Notes under the pieces: model-generated
Seen by the model: only the letters and a program-made list of their open reading frames with translations
Told to the model about the DNA's origin: nothing
Database searches by the model: none
Shown: one piece after another, positions 23,935-49,251 of the stretch
Layout: each line of letters begins with the position of its first letter
Position numbering within the stretch: the first letter of the stretch is position 1
NCBI GenBank assembly: GCA_964016885.1
Contig: OZ024762.1
Location: 1,302,001 to 1,366,000 of the forward strand
From: Eledone cirrhosa
Taxonomy: Eukaryota
DNA length: 64,000 bases
Reading direction: 5' to 3'
Translations under genes and position numbers: made by a program

Positions 23935-24345
23935 ATCACTGTTTTACCTCCGTTCTTCCACACGCTAGCATGGGTTAGATGGGTTGTCCTGTTGTGGGCA
24001 GTGTCAGGTTGGCTGACCTTGTCTTGCTCATACGGGAACTGATTCTGGCTTGATTTCTACAGCTGGTTGCCCTTCCTAACACCAACCTCATTTACTGTGA
24101 GTGCTGGGTGCCTTTTTTTTCTGTGGCACCTACACGTCCACTTTACAGTGTGGGCTGGGTGCTTTTTTGCAGTGGAATGATAGAGACTCCAGTCCTATCA
24201 TCTCATTTTTACAGCTGAGTAAACTGGAGCAATGTGAAATAAAGTGTCTTGCTCAAGGAAACAACATAGCACCCAGTCTGACAATTGAACTCACAACCTT
24301 GCGGTTGCAAGCCCAATGCTCTAACCACTAAGCCATGCGCCTTCA
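23935..24345 (-). mobile_element. SINE family A copy
   Basis: Reverse-complement tRNA head (CTAACCACTAAGCCATG) and body. Confidence 0.8.
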
Positions 24346-26279
24346 CATATATATATGTATACACAGATATATATACACATAGATATGTATAAGCTAACCT
24401 CAATGGTATTTGAAATCAGAATGTATTTTGATCATTGTAAATACAAATAAAATATGTTATCTATTGCTCCACCAATTCTGCCAAGCCAGTGCTGTAGTAG
24501 AAAAATAAATAAGGAATTAGATAAATATAAGTTTTAAAAATGTCCAACTCTCTTTATTGATTAAATATGCCTAGAGAATCATTAATCAATTTTTATTGTA
24601 AGCTGTAGAAATCTCCTGTGTTTGGGGACAGAAAAAGCAATATACTGGATGCCATGATGGATATTAAAATGTTGCATTCATTAGTTAAGTCTCCCTCAGG
24701 AATATAATATAAATAGAACACAAGTTATCTTCATTTCATGCTTACTTGCGCATTAATGATGTTTCCCTTTGGAATATAATATGTAAGGAGTTCTGATTAA
24801 GGCACAAGGCCAGCAATTTGGAGAAAGACGGGGGAAATCGATTAAATCGACCCCAGTGCATTACTGGTACTTTATTTTATTGACTCCAGTGTATTACTGG
24901 TACTTTATTTTAGCGACTCCGTAAGGATGAAAGGCAAAGTTAATCTCAGCAGCATTTGGACTCAAAATGTTGCAATTAGTTTTAAATAAATACTGCAAAG
25001 CATGTTGACCGGCGCGCTGCCACTACACAGCCCTAATGCATGTTGACCGGCGCGCTGCCATACGCAGCCCTAATAATAATTGTTTCTAACATTGGAAGTT
25101 ATACAAAAGATCCGCCTTCCCTTATGTACGAACTTAAACCTACAACCAGTAGGTACCTCTTAACCCAATATACACCCCACACCCCCTACTCCATCCACCC
25201 ACTTCTGTCCACTGTAAAGTGGTCATGTAGGTGTCACAACAAAAGGTACCCAGTCCACACTGTAAAGTGACCATGTATGTGTCACAACAAAAAGCACCCA
25301 GTCCACACTGTAAAGAGGTTGTGTAGGTGTCACAACAAAAAGCACCCAGTCCACACTGTAAAGTGGTAGTGTAGGAGACAGTAAAAAAGCTCCCAGTCCA
25401 CACTGTAAATGTGGTTGGTGTTATGAAGGGCATCCAACTGTAGAAAACCTGCCAGTTACAGTTTTATATGAGCAAGACACGGACACCCGACCAATCTTGC
25501 CTCAAGTGGTATAAACCTGTTCAACCCGGATTCTGCTGTTCTATGTCCCAAACCTGACACCTCAAATAAAACATTCTATAAACTACACAATTAGAGAACA
25601 TGCTTCAATGAACTTGGAGAATGTCATGCTCTCTCTCTCTATCTCACACCTCTCTCTTACTCCCACACCTCTCTCTCTTTCACCTCTCTCTTACTCCCAC
25701 ACCTCTCTCACTTCTTACTCTCACTCTCTCTCTTACTCTCACACCTCTCTCTTTCTCACATCTCTCTCTTACTCTCACACCTCTCTCTTTCTCTCTGTTG
25801 ATTATGGTGAGGGTGGAGGTAATATTCATGGGTCAGGTGTTCAACAGTTTAATTCTCCTTAACTATATCCTGGAGAAGGAGGAGGGGGTATGAAATTGAG
25901 AGCCGAAGGTGATTGATAGATAGAAATAGGTGAGTATACAGATAGATAGATGTATATATATATATATAAGTACATACATACACTTACACCCACACACACT
26001 ATATATATATATATATATAATGTAGATATTTATACACATATATATGTATATATAAACGTTTGTATATGTATAATAAAGCCAAAACAATGCAGGTATGGAC
26101 ATAGAATAAAGAATGCAAATGCAAAAGATATTGTTGACAATTAGTCTTTTACTTTAGATTTATTTAAATGTCCTTAATTTTCGAGATAATATCTCTTCTT
26201 CGGAGGGAAGTAAAGGGGTTAAACCAGTGTTCTAAATAGCTTGCCAAGTCATGCAGACAGGAATGCTGAATACTTTATA

Positions 26280-26311
<32 letters not shown>

Positions 26312-26407
26312 CCCTTGCAAGCAGGGAAAAAGGGGACATAAAAATGCAATGAAATGAATATATATATATGTGTATATATATATATGTGTAGATATATACG
26401 TGTGTAG

Positions 26408-26438
<31 letters not shown>

Positions 26439-26549
26439 TATATGTGTGTAGATATATATATATGTGTGTAGATAGATATATATGTGTGTAGATAGATATA
26501 TATGTAGATATATATGTGTGTAGATATATATATATATATAGATATACAT

Positions 26550-27085
26550 TCTCTCAGGTCCCAATAACAGGTGGGGTGTTTTAATAAGCCCTGGGGGTGG
26601 GTTGGAAAATCAGTAATTTTTCTAGGTTTAAAAAACCCGAATTAGTTGTTTAGTTTACATACTGAGACCCTCCAACCCATCCTATATATTTTATAAAGTA
26701 AAGGATTTCTAGTAATGTATTTTTGTCAACATTTTTTTTCTTATATCTAAAGAAAATTAATTGTTGCAGGAATGCTACTAATTAAAATAAACCCTCCCCC
26801 ACTTATCAAATTTTATCAATCTGCCTTCTGAAAAATTTTTGTAAGTCATAACATTCCTACATTCCTGTGATAATTAATTTTCTTTAGACATTAAAAAATA
26901 TACATGACAAAAAAAATACATTACTATAAATCCTATATGTTATAAAATAAATAGGATGGGTTGGGGCCTCAATATGTAAACTAAATGACTAATTCTGGTT
27001 TTTAAAAAAAAAAATCAACAAAGAGAACCTCGAAAAATTACTGATTTTCCAACCCTTCCCCCTATTATTTGAGACCTATGAGTAG
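26550..27085. mobile_element. Degenerate long-TIR MITE (~535 bp)
   Basis: Ends CTCTCAGGTCCCAATAA and TATTTGAGACCTATGAGTA; internal inverted matches (GGTTGGAAAATCAGTAATTTTTC vs GAAAAATTACTGATTTTCCAACC; CAACCCATCCTAT vs ATAGGATGGGTTG). Solo ends at ~7550, 12485, 41240-41425, 62880. Confidence 0.7.
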
Positions 27086-28559
27086 GTAGCTAGGAAGATA
27101 GGTAAACAGGTAGATGCATAGATAGGAATGTTCTTCTTTTTCACCCACTTATTCCTGAGAGTGTCGTGGGGTCAGGGTCCTCAAACACTCCTTCCAACAG
27201 GTCCTGTCAGAAGCAACCAACTCCAACTGATCCAGCTAGATCCCCAAGTGAGACCAGCCAAGCTCATGGATGTTATCCAGCCATCTTACTCAGGAGTCTA
27301 CCCCTGGGTCTCCTGTTGGTTGGTTTTGCCTGTGAAATCTGTCCAGTGATTCTCTCTTGAGACATTCTAACCACATGTCCATAGAATCAGAGCTGTGATC
27401 TCTCAATTTGGAGAAGTAGCAGCTCTAACTGGAGTGACTCTGATTTCTGAGCTATAATTCTTGTCTAAATATATACATAATATACACACTATTGGGTATA
27501 TATATTCTTGTCTAAATATACACACTATTGGGTATATATATTCTTGTCTAAATATATACATAATATACACACTATTGGGTATATATATTCTTGTCTAAAT
27601 ATATACATAATATACACACTATTGGGTATATATATTCTTGTCTAAATATATACATAATATACACTCTATTTAGTTTCAATTATTCTCTAGTGGTGGTGGT
27701 GGTGTCAGTGGTAGTTGTGGTGGTAGTCTCGGTGGTGGTGGTGATGGTAGTGGTGGCAGTGGTGGTGGTGGTGGTAGGTGTTGCAGTAGTAACTTCTATG
27801 GAGAGAGAAGACTGGCTGAGTTTAGTAGCAGTAGTTTTGTTAAAAAGACAGGTAAAATGATATGTGAATAAAATAGAGTACACATTGGAGATTGTAGTCC
27901 GAGATACATTATATCTGTGACATAGTTGTCACAGCTGTAATACTGTTACATAGGTGGGTCCTTTCTTACCTGCCTAACTTCGGGACTATAGAACGCCTGC
28001 ACTCCCTAACGACTCAGCCGTAACAGATTTGTGTATATATATATATAGAAAAAAAATATATATATATACACATACATACACACACATATATATATAGTGT
28101 ATATATCTATATATATAATATACATATATACACACACACATATATATGTAGTGTATGTATATATAATATACATATACTACTACTATTACCAGCACCACCA
28201 CTACTACCACCATCACCACCACTACTACCACCATCACCACCACTACTACCACCACCACCACCACCACTACCACCACCACCACCACCACTACCACCACCAC
28301 CACCACCACCACTACCACCACCACCACCACCACCACTACCACCACCACCACCACCACCACCACCGTGCTCGGTTATTCAGTGATAGCACGCAATGAAAAT
28401 ACCATTAATAACGCTTTCTTCCAATAATGATAATAATAAGAAATTAACAAAGGAACTTCAACAATGAAAATTCCCCAATAGGGGTGGGGGAGGTCAAGCA
28501 CCACCCAGGGGTGACTGACCCAACAGATCTTAATCCACAGGTCCTTTACATTCAACTAA

Positions 28560-29060
28560 TAATAATAATATACAGACCGGAGAGATCAAGGCCGATATAA
28601 CTGATGTATCAATCCCCACAGATGACAATATATCTTCCAAGGAAATAGAGAAACTCTCCAAATATAAAGACCTAGAGATAGAAATAACTCGAATGTGGAA
28701 AATGAAAACAGAAACAATATAATAATAGGAGCTCTGGGGATGATTGATAAAAAAACACAGACAAATACATAACCAAACGCCCAGGACTTACAAATATATA
28801 CAACATACAAAAGATAGTACTACTAGGTACTGTATATATATATAGTATATAGAGTACCACAGGACTTACAAATATATACAACATACAAAAGATAGTACTA
28901 CTAGGTACTGTATATATATATAGTATATAGAGTACCACAGGACTTACAAATATATACAACATACAAAAGATAGTACTACTAGGTACTGTATATATAGTAT
29001 ATAGAGTACTACAAGACTTACAAATATATACAGCATACTAAAGATAACACTACTAGACAC
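28560..29060 (+). mobile_element. R4/NeSL-type (restriction-like endonuclease) non-LTR retrotransposon 3' fragment with tandemised 3' end
   Basis: Reads ..KEIEKLSKYKDLEIEITRMWKMKTE..IIGALGMI.., typical of an REL C-terminus. The segment CAGGACTTACAAATATATACAACATACAAAAGATAGTACTACTAGG is repeated ~4x. Confidence 0.65.
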
Positions 29061-29309
29061 TGCACACATGAAAAGTACTATCAATACAATAGAAACATCA
29101 GGTGAAACTACACTGCACATGACCAAGGTACACAGAACTGTGCTCAGTAAAGCAGTAATGATGTGCAATAAAAATAATAATAATGGAAATAATAATAATA
29201 ATAATGTTTTCTTTAATAATAATAATAATAATGGTTTGTATATTGGTGACACACGGCTAACATTAAGAAAAGATAAAAGTAATAATAATAATAATAACAA
29301 CAACAATAG

Positions 29310-39749
<10,440 letters not shown>

Positions 39750-40289
39750 ACTAAAAATTAAAATATGTATATATATATTTTTTTTTAATATAAAAAAGAA
39801 AAAGGACAAGAAAAAAACCCAATAAAATGAAAAAGAAAGAAATATAATAACATGACATCCCTTCATTCTTTAAAGTCATCATCATCATCACCATCATCAC
39901 CATCATCATCACCTCCACCTTCATCACCATCATCATCATCACCACCAACATCATCATCATCATCATCATTGTCATCATCATCATTACCATCATCATGACC
40001 ATGACCATCACCACCACCATCATCATCATCATCACCACCACCATCATCACCACCACCATCATCATCACCACCACCATCATCAGCATCGCCTCCATCATCA
40101 TCATCACCACCATCATCATCACCACCACCATCATCATCACCACCACCATCATCATCATCACCATCAACATCATCACCACCATCATCACCACCACCACCAC
40201 CACCATCATCATCATCACCACCACCACCACCACCACCACCACCATCACCATCATCATCATCCAGTTTTCTATTATGCAGGACACAATCC

Positions 40290-41130
40290 CTAATTAGGGG
40301 TCTGTCCTGTATGACAGCCCTCCTTAGCGTCCCACTCCATGTGTTTCTGTCCACCGGTCTCACTTGGGCCAGGCCAAGCCTAGCTTGATCCCGACAAACA
40401 TCCTCCATCCAAGTCTTTTTGGGTCTTCCTGGGCCTCTACTGCCCCCTGGTGTGACATTCGTCACTTTGCTGATCCAGCCCTCCCTACACTCAACATGGC
40501 TGTACCAGCATCTTCCAGCCCTCCCTACACTCAACATGGCTGTACCAGCATCTTCCAGTCCTCCCTACACTCAACATGGCTGTACCAGCATCTTCCAGCC
40601 CTCCCTACACTCAACATGGCTGTACCAGCATCTTCCAGCCCTCCCTACACTCAACATGGCTGTACCAGCATCTTCCAGCCCTCCCTACACTCAACATGGC
40701 TGTACCAGCATCTTCCAGCCCTCCCTACACTCAACATGGCCCTACCAATGCTTGTATCTCGTGTGAATCACATCCTCGAGGTCGTCCATCAGCAGTTTTA
40801 TCATAATCTCGGTTGAGCTGACACCATCCTCATTGGTCACTCTACACATCCAGCAGATCATAACTCTGTCATTTCTTCGGAGCCAATTCAGAGAGTCGGA
40901 TGACATGGCCGAGGTCTCACTGGCGTGGAGCAACGCACCTCTCATACAGGTGTTGTAAATCCACCCCATGGTGACTAATGGCAGCCAGCATGTCTCGAAG
41001 ATTGGGAGAAGCTGCCTAAATTTGTTCCTTGCGGAGCTGTACCATGCGATGGCAGCGAGCTCAGCTCCATCTCCACCTGACAACATGTTACCCAGGTAAC
41101 AGGAAGATGTCACAATTATTGTCATCATTG
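40290..41130 (-). mobile_element. RTE-clade LINE fragment interrupted by a 40-bp tandem expansion
   Basis: KFRQLLPIF..IYNTCMRGALLHASET..RRNDRVMICWMC and GRPKKTWMEDV; 40-bp unit repeated ~6.5x at 40474-40741. Confidence 0.8.
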
Positions 41131-42076
41131 TCTACACTCATCATTTTATGTTTGTCATGAAATGTCCAGCTAGTTCGTTTCATATTTGACATGGTTTAAA
41201 TATGACTGGATGCCACTCCTAACACCAAGCAAGGTTGAGGGTCTCAATATGTTATAAAATATATACGATGGGTTCAGGTCTCGATATGTAAACTAAACGA
41301 CTAATTCTGTTTTGTTTTTTTAAAAAGTCAATGGACACAACCTAGAAAAATTACCCCCCCCCCATTCTTCCACCCCTCCTCTGTTATTCCCTCCCACCCC
41401 TATTATTTGTTGGGACCCAAGAGCCCATTAATAATGGGTTCTTCTTCTTCTTCTTCTTCTTCTCGTTTTGGGGATCTAGCCAAATTGTTAGGAGTCAATA
41501 GCTTCCGACAGGAATTGTTGGAAGGTGTGTCTGGGTACTCTACCCCAACGACCCCCTCAGGACTAAGTGGGAGTAGGAGAAGAAGAAGAAGAAGCAGAAC
41601 TATTTGACGTGGGTAATGGTGTAATAAATGTTTCTACTTTTGGCACAAGGCCAGCAATTATCCCAGTGTATTACTGGTACTTTATTTTGTTGATCCCGTA
41701 AGGATGAAAAGCAAAGTTAACTCAGAACATAAAGGGCCGTAACTCTCTGTTGTAAAGCATGGCGACCGACCCTCGACCGACACTGCCAATCCACTGCCCT
41801 AAAAATGGTGTAACAAAGGTTTCTGATTTAGACACAAAGCCAACAATTTGGGGGAAGGGGAAAGTCGATTAAATCGACCCCAGTGCATTGCTGGTACTTT
41901 ATTTAATCGACCCTCTAAGGATGAAAGGCAAAGCTAACCCCGGCGGAATTTGAACTCAGAACGTAAAGGGTCGTATATACTTACTGCAAAGCATACTATT
42001 CGACGCTCTACCGATTACTGTCAATCTACCGCATTTACGTAGATAATAATAATAATTTATTCGAAAGGCTGGTATA

Positions 42077-42108
<32 letters not shown>

Positions 42109-42212
42109 CTCCGTCATCTGGCTTTACTTTCCGGACTATTATTTCAACAGGAACTATATTTTATGAACACCGGCTGGACGAAATTCAACAGGAATTCGCA
42201 GTATTATTAAAG

Positions 42213-43004
42213 ATGTCATCAGCAGCAATATCTCGGTGTCGCTTTCTGCTTCATTATGCTAATGAACATTTAGATTTCCGTCTACCAGTATGTAACGACA
42301 TTATTTTATATTCCTATTAGTGGACATTTTAGAAATTATATTTATATAGTCGGGACAGAAGCATGAAAACCACGTGCATCCGGGTTGAAGATCCGCTGAG
42401 TCACACCTTGAACAAATGTCTTCTATTTTATCCTTGGTTTGACCAATGCTTTGTGTAAGCAGTTTGGTTGGCGGAAACTGCAGTACCTCGCCGTATATAT
42501 ATATATAGAGAGAGAGAGAGTTTCAGAAGTTAAGTGTGAAAGCAGCGATTCTTTGCTTAAACTTTAATTTGTTCTTATAATAAATATATATATATACAAA
42601 TAATTGTTTCTACTTTAGGCACAAGTCGTAAAGGGACGTAACTAATCTGGAAAGCATGGCGTCCGACCCTCTACCGATACTTCCAATCCACCCCCCTATA
42701 TATACAAATAATGAATCAAAGCATCAAATGTGTTTAGAATGTTGTATTTCTCAATAAGCAAGCTCAATAAATATTATCTAGAGCTATAATAAACAAAATG
42801 AAAAGGATATATGTTTATTTAGAGAGAGAAATAGTCATGTATCGCATAAGAAACACAGTATATTGTATATATACCAAATACATATTCTATAGTAGATATG
42901 TACACAGGTGGTGGAATATGGTATATATATATACAATATATTGTGTTTCTTATACGATATATATATATATATATATATATATACCCATATCTTTTGCATT
43001 TGGT

Positions 43005-43035
<31 letters not shown>

Positions 43036-44254
43036 AAAATTTGCTTATTTTGGGACAGCTGACAGAGAAGTCCTTGTTATGACTGGCGACTCACCTCACA
43101 GGTGTCAGGCGATGCCTGTGATGGTACCTGGTTATTTCAACACCTTAGCCTCATGGTAAAGCTGCGAGCGTTTTGGCTTGCCTCAAAGTGTGTAGTTAAC
43201 CCCTAAGATGTGAGGTGCGGCCGATTGTTGCACTTGGTGGTGACCCCCCCCCCTTCCTTTTATCAGTATTGTTCAATGAATTATATATACAGTGTGTCCC
43301 CAAAAATGTATACACACTTCAAAAGGATTCTAATAAATATTGCCTGTACAGGTAATCTTTTTTATACAATATTTTGGTGTAGTAATGAAAATTACCCCCA
43401 CCCCTACAAAAATAATAATAATAATTGTTTCTACTTTTGGCACAAGGCCAGCAAACATCCAGTGTATTACTGGTACTTTATTTTATCGACCCCGTAAGGA
43501 TGAAAGGCAAAGTTAACCTTGGCGGGATTTGAAATCAGACCGCAAAGGGCCGTAACTCTATGCTGCAAAGCATGGCGTCCGACCCTTTACTGATACTGCC
43601 AATAATAAAAACGCACAACGGCACAACAAAAGGGTGTTAGAGTTACCCTCAAATAATGTTTGAGGCAAGCCAACACACAAGCAGTATTTATCAGTACTTT
43701 TATATTTTATTATTTTGAGCTAAATCTAATTCTGTGTATTTAACAGGAACTCCTTTCAGTGTCAGAAGTCCTAGGAATAACAATACAAATCAACAAATGT
43801 GAAAAACAACCTCAGGTAAGAACTTCCTCTTTCAGAATTCACTTGTCAACATACCAGATATCTTTAGATATATGAAATTCACATACTTGAGTGTATATAA
43901 TTATGTTGAGCTTAAGTTTTAATATATATATATATATATATATGTAAAAGGTAAACAAATAACAACACATTCAGTACAGTATATGGAAGGGATATATTAG
44001 GTTAACGCTTGATATAGCAGGAAGAGGGTCTTAACGTTTCGGACGCTAGTCCTTCATCAGAAGAAAGAATGAGAAATAAGATAGATTGAGGGGGACGGGC
44101 GGGGTGGAATTGGAAAAAAATGTCTTTAGATAAAAATAACAGGTCCATTCATGTTGACATCTCTTGCAAAACTGTTGGTGGTGGTGTTTTGTGTATGATT
44201 TATTTTTTAGAAAAGTGGATGATGGAGCGCGTCTACATGAAATGAAAAAAATAA

Positions 44255-44285
<31 letters not shown>

Positions 44286-47200
44286 CGTTACCATAGTATT
44301 TTCTTTCAATATTTTTCCAGACTCCATTTTTAATAGTAGAACTGGAATCAGAAAATAATGTGAAACAATTGTTGAAGAGAACCATGTTGATAAAGTAAGA
44401 ACTTCTTGCATCATGTGTCTTGTGTATGGGGGGGGGGGGGTAGTGTAGTGTGTGTGTATGTATACTGCAAGTGTGGTTTGTGATGTGTGTATATAGACTA
44501 TATGTTCATGTGTGTACATTGTAGTATTGTATATTTTTGAAAAACCATTCTTTTTAAAGTTTTCATATTAATTTCTCCTCTCCCTCCACCTCCTGCACCT
44601 CCACTTCCTCTCCCTCCCACCACCTCCCCCTTCTAGGTCAGCCTATGAACTCTGGGCCAAAGGAAATTCTTTATCCAGTCTAAATGAACAGCTAGCCAAG
44701 CTTCCTCCAGAAATTACAGTATGTCTATATATACCTTCTGTTTATCTTTCATCATCGTCATCATCATCATAATCACTGTCATCACAGACGAATGACTTTC
44801 GTCAAATCGGACCGAGGAAACAATGTTTCCGTTGGTCTTTCCAATTGCTAATACTATCTGTCGGTCGCAACTCCAGGTAGAAGGAGCAACGTGAAATAAA
44901 GTGTCTTGCTCAAGGACATAACGCATCGCTTGGTCCACCACTTTCTGTTCTAACCAGCTGTAACCGGCTGCTCATACTTATGTTAAGGTATTGTTCTCAA
45001 AATAAATAATATCAAGATCTTGTAGATTTGATATTATGTGAGATAATTATTTGAAATAAAGTGTTTTCCATGAAAATACAATAGTATATATAGAGTAATG
45101 TAAATGACAATCAGTATTTAGCTGCTATTTCTAGTGGCAATTTTGACTCGTCACTTTTGACCGTTTATGATGATGATTATGATAATGATGAAAGAATCTC
45201 TCTATTTTATTCTATATTTTGTTGCAGACTCCGTACACATCGGCAGACTCCACATTTAAAATTGTAGTCGAGGCATTCAACAAAAAAATCCCACCGAAAG
45301 AAAAGTTGGAAAAAATTGATGTCAGTGAAATCTTTTTATCTTTTGTTAACTGCCTGCTTAATTTAAACCGGTCGTATCTGGCCAGAATTCTCTCACCTCT
45401 TTCTGTTTAAACCGGTCATAAGAGTCTGCTTATACTTACATTCTCAAATTAAATAATATCAAAATCTCATAGATTCGTTATTATGTGAGGTAAAGCGTTT
45501 ACTGTGAAAATACAATAGTATATATAGAGTAATGTAAATGTTATGTGAGATATGTGAGGTAAAGCCTTTACTGTGAAAATACAATAGTATATATAGAGTA
45601 ATGTAAATGTTATGTGAGATATGTGAGGTAAAGCCTTTACTGTGAAAATACAATAGTATATATAGAGTAATGTAAATGTTATGTGAGATATGTGAGGTAA
45701 AGCGTTTACTGTGAAAATACAATAGTATATATAGAGTAATGTAAATGGTAAAGGGTTAAATAATGTGTAACGCCCCAGACTAATTACTTGGATAGTAGAA
45801 TACTCCCAAAATAATTAGTAGTGCAGAAGGCAACCCCCAAATTAAAATCAGGGTGGTAGAATACCCCTGATTACATACTAGGGTGGAAGGACACTAGAAA
45901 CAAAACCACCCATTTTAAAGGTTCCTATTAAAATTAATGTCGGCAGTAAATTGGCAGAGTCGTTAGAGCGTCAGATAGAATACTTTATGGTATTCGTTCC
46001 GGCTCCCTCAACCAAACCTTCAGCAAAACTATTCCCTATTATGAAAGTATTTGCTCAACGGTTCGTATGTATGATTGATCCCTAGGGAAGACCAACCAAG
46101 CTGAGGTCTACCCCTGCGTCTCCTGCCGGTTGGTTTTGCCCGTAAAATCTGTCCTAAACCTGACCACAAATACCATCTTACGAATAAAATATAAAATGAT
46201 TTTAATAAATGTTTTGTTTGTTGTTTTAGTCCCTTCCTTGGACAGAATTAGGGTTCAAGGGAAAGATACAACTGAAGGACCCAGACCATAGCTTTCATCT
46301 GTTTGAATATTACCAAGTTGAGAAAGGAATGCACTCAGCACTTGAACCTTCATCTCTCTACTTTGGACGATTTGTAGGTACTTTATATTTATATATATAT
46401 ATGTACTATATATATATATACTGTATATATATGTGTAGTTCTTTATATTTATATATATATGTGTACTATATATATATACTGTATATATATGTGTAGTTCT
46501 TTATATTTATATATATATGTGTACTATATATATAGTGTATATATATGTATTTCTTTAAATATAAGGTTAAATATATATATGTATATATATATATGTAGGT
46601 ACTTTATATTTATATATGTGTGTGTACTACATATATTGTATATATATATGTGTAGTACATCTTGAGGTCGATAAAGAAAGTACCAGTCAAGTACTGGGGT
46701 CGATTCTTCCTCTATATCTCTTTCTCATTTCCTCTCTCTCTCTTTCTCTGGAAGAAATCTGCTGTACCCAGGCCTGGAGAGGGGTGGGCTCCGCCAGGGA
46801 TATTTAAAAAATGCCCTAGATACGCTGTATGTCAATACTGGGTGTATTATATCATGACACCAACACTACTACTTTACAGAGTGTACTGGGTGTATTATAT
46901 CATGACACCAACACTACTACTTTACAGAGTGTACTGCATGTATTATATCATGACACCAACACTACTACTTTACAGAGTGTACTGGGTGTATTATATCATG
47001 ACACCAACACTACCACTTTACAGAGTATACTGGGTGTATTTTATCATAACACCAACACTACCACTTTACAGAGTGTACTGGGTGTATTATATCATGACAC
47101 CAACACTACTACTTTACAGAGTGTACTGGGTGTATTATATCATGACACCAACACTACTACTTTACAGAGTGTACTGGGTGTATTATATCATGACACCAAC

Positions 47201-49073
47201 ACTACTACTTTACAGAGTGTACTGGGTGTATTATATCATGACACCAACACTACTACTTTACAGAGTGTACTGGGTGTATTATATCATGACAACATTACAT
47301 TACTGAGTGGAAAACTGTTGTTTACTGGAAGTAGAACAAATGACTGAGTTATGGGGACCCACGAGAAGATAAGAAATAAGGGCTGTTTACATGACTTTCT
47401 CCCTTTTAGGGTTTACCAACTGATCCCTATTTTTATCTTTAATTTCAGATTGCTGGGGGAGTTCGAAACCAGATCCAGCACTACCACCTCCAGAAAAGAT
47501 GTTTTATAGGTAAAGACAGTATTTATGAGGGTGGTGTGGTGTGTGTTGGGGTTTTTGTAAGGCATGAGGGTGGTAACACTAGGAGGTGAGGACTAGTCCA
47601 CTATGTTGTGGGTAATGCCAGTATGATGTTGGACTATACCATTCTGTTGTGGGTAATACCAGCATGATGTTGGACTATACCATTCTGTTGTGGGTAATAC
47701 CAGTATGATGTTGGACTATACCATTCTGTTGTAGGTAACACCAGCATGATGTTGGACTATACCATTCTGTTGTAGGTAATATCATCATGATGTGGACTAT
47801 ACCATTCTGTTGTAGGTAACACCAGCATGGATGCTGGCCTATCTTTCATTATGGCCAACATGGGAAAGGCTTCAGAAAACAAGTTGATATTTGATCCTTT
47901 TGTTGGAACAGGTAAGTTGTCTTCTTTTTAGAGAGAGAGAGAGAGAGAAATATAGAGGAACAGTTGACCCTAGTATTTTACTGGTATTTTATTTTATCAA
48001 CCACAAAAGAAGGAAAGACCACAAAAGTAGACCTCAACAGAATCTGAACTGCAACACACACAAGCCTCCCAGCAATAACTAGACAAAGAAGATATTTAAA
48101 CCGGCCGTATCTGGCCTGGATTCTCTCACCCTTTTCTGTTCAAACCAGCTGATCATACTGACATTATGGTCTTATTCTCAAAATAGATAACATCAAAATC
48201 TCATAGATTCGATATTATGTGAAGTAAAGCCTTTACAGTGAAAATACAATAGTATATATAGAGTAATGTAAATGTTATGTGAGGTATTATGTGAGGTAAA
48301 GCCTTTACTGTGAAAATACAATAGTATATATAGAGTAATGTAAATGTTATGTGAGATATTATGTGAGGTAAAGCCTTTACTGTGAAAATACAATAGTATA
48401 TATAGAGTAATGTAAATGTTATGTGAGATATTATGTAAGGTAAAGACTTTACTGTGAAAATACAATAGTATATATAGAGTAATGTAAATGGTAAAGGGTT
48501 AAACATTTCTTTCGAAATTCTTGTGTGTTAAACACATCTCTGTCTAATTTACTGTTGCCCTGTTTCTTTTCAGGAAGTTTACTAGTCTCTGCGGCCCATT
48601 TTGGGAGTTATGTGATGGGGGCAGATTTAGATTATCTACTTTTACATGGAAGAGGTAAGCTATCCACCCTACCCATCCACAACCAAACACACACAATCCC
48701 GCGAGCACACAGTCCACACACACACATTGTTTTCTGTTTTGCCATATTTCTCCGTTAGATGTGCTCTATAAATGTTATTTTCCTCTTTAAATTTTGTTTC
48801 CATTTCCACCCTGCCTATCTCCTCAATCTTTCCATTTCTTCTCTCATTCTATCTTCTGATGAAGGACCAGCGTCTGAAACATTAAGACTCTTTTCCTATT
48901 ATATCCAGCATAAAACAAATAATATATTTCTTCATTGTACTGTGGCGTTTACTTTGTTATTTCTGTTTGCCTTTTGCATACATACATACATACACATATA
49001 TATATATATATATTACCCGTCTAACCCATGCTAGCGTGGAAGGTGGGCGTTAGACGGTGATGATGGTGATATA

Positions 49074-49117
<44 letters not shown>

Positions 49118-49212
49118 GGGTGTCCCAAAAAATATATGCACACTTCAAGAGTATTCTAATAAATATTGCCTGTACAGGTAATCAAAGTCTATATACATTT
49201 TTTGGGACACCC

Positions 49213-49251
<39 letters not shown>

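Noticed and set aside
27691-27851. Possible Gly-rich upstream exon of the IL-17R-like gene
   Set aside because: It has AG/GT boundaries but is mostly (GGT)n, and its open phases do not match the phase-2 acceptor at 29310. Left unresolved.
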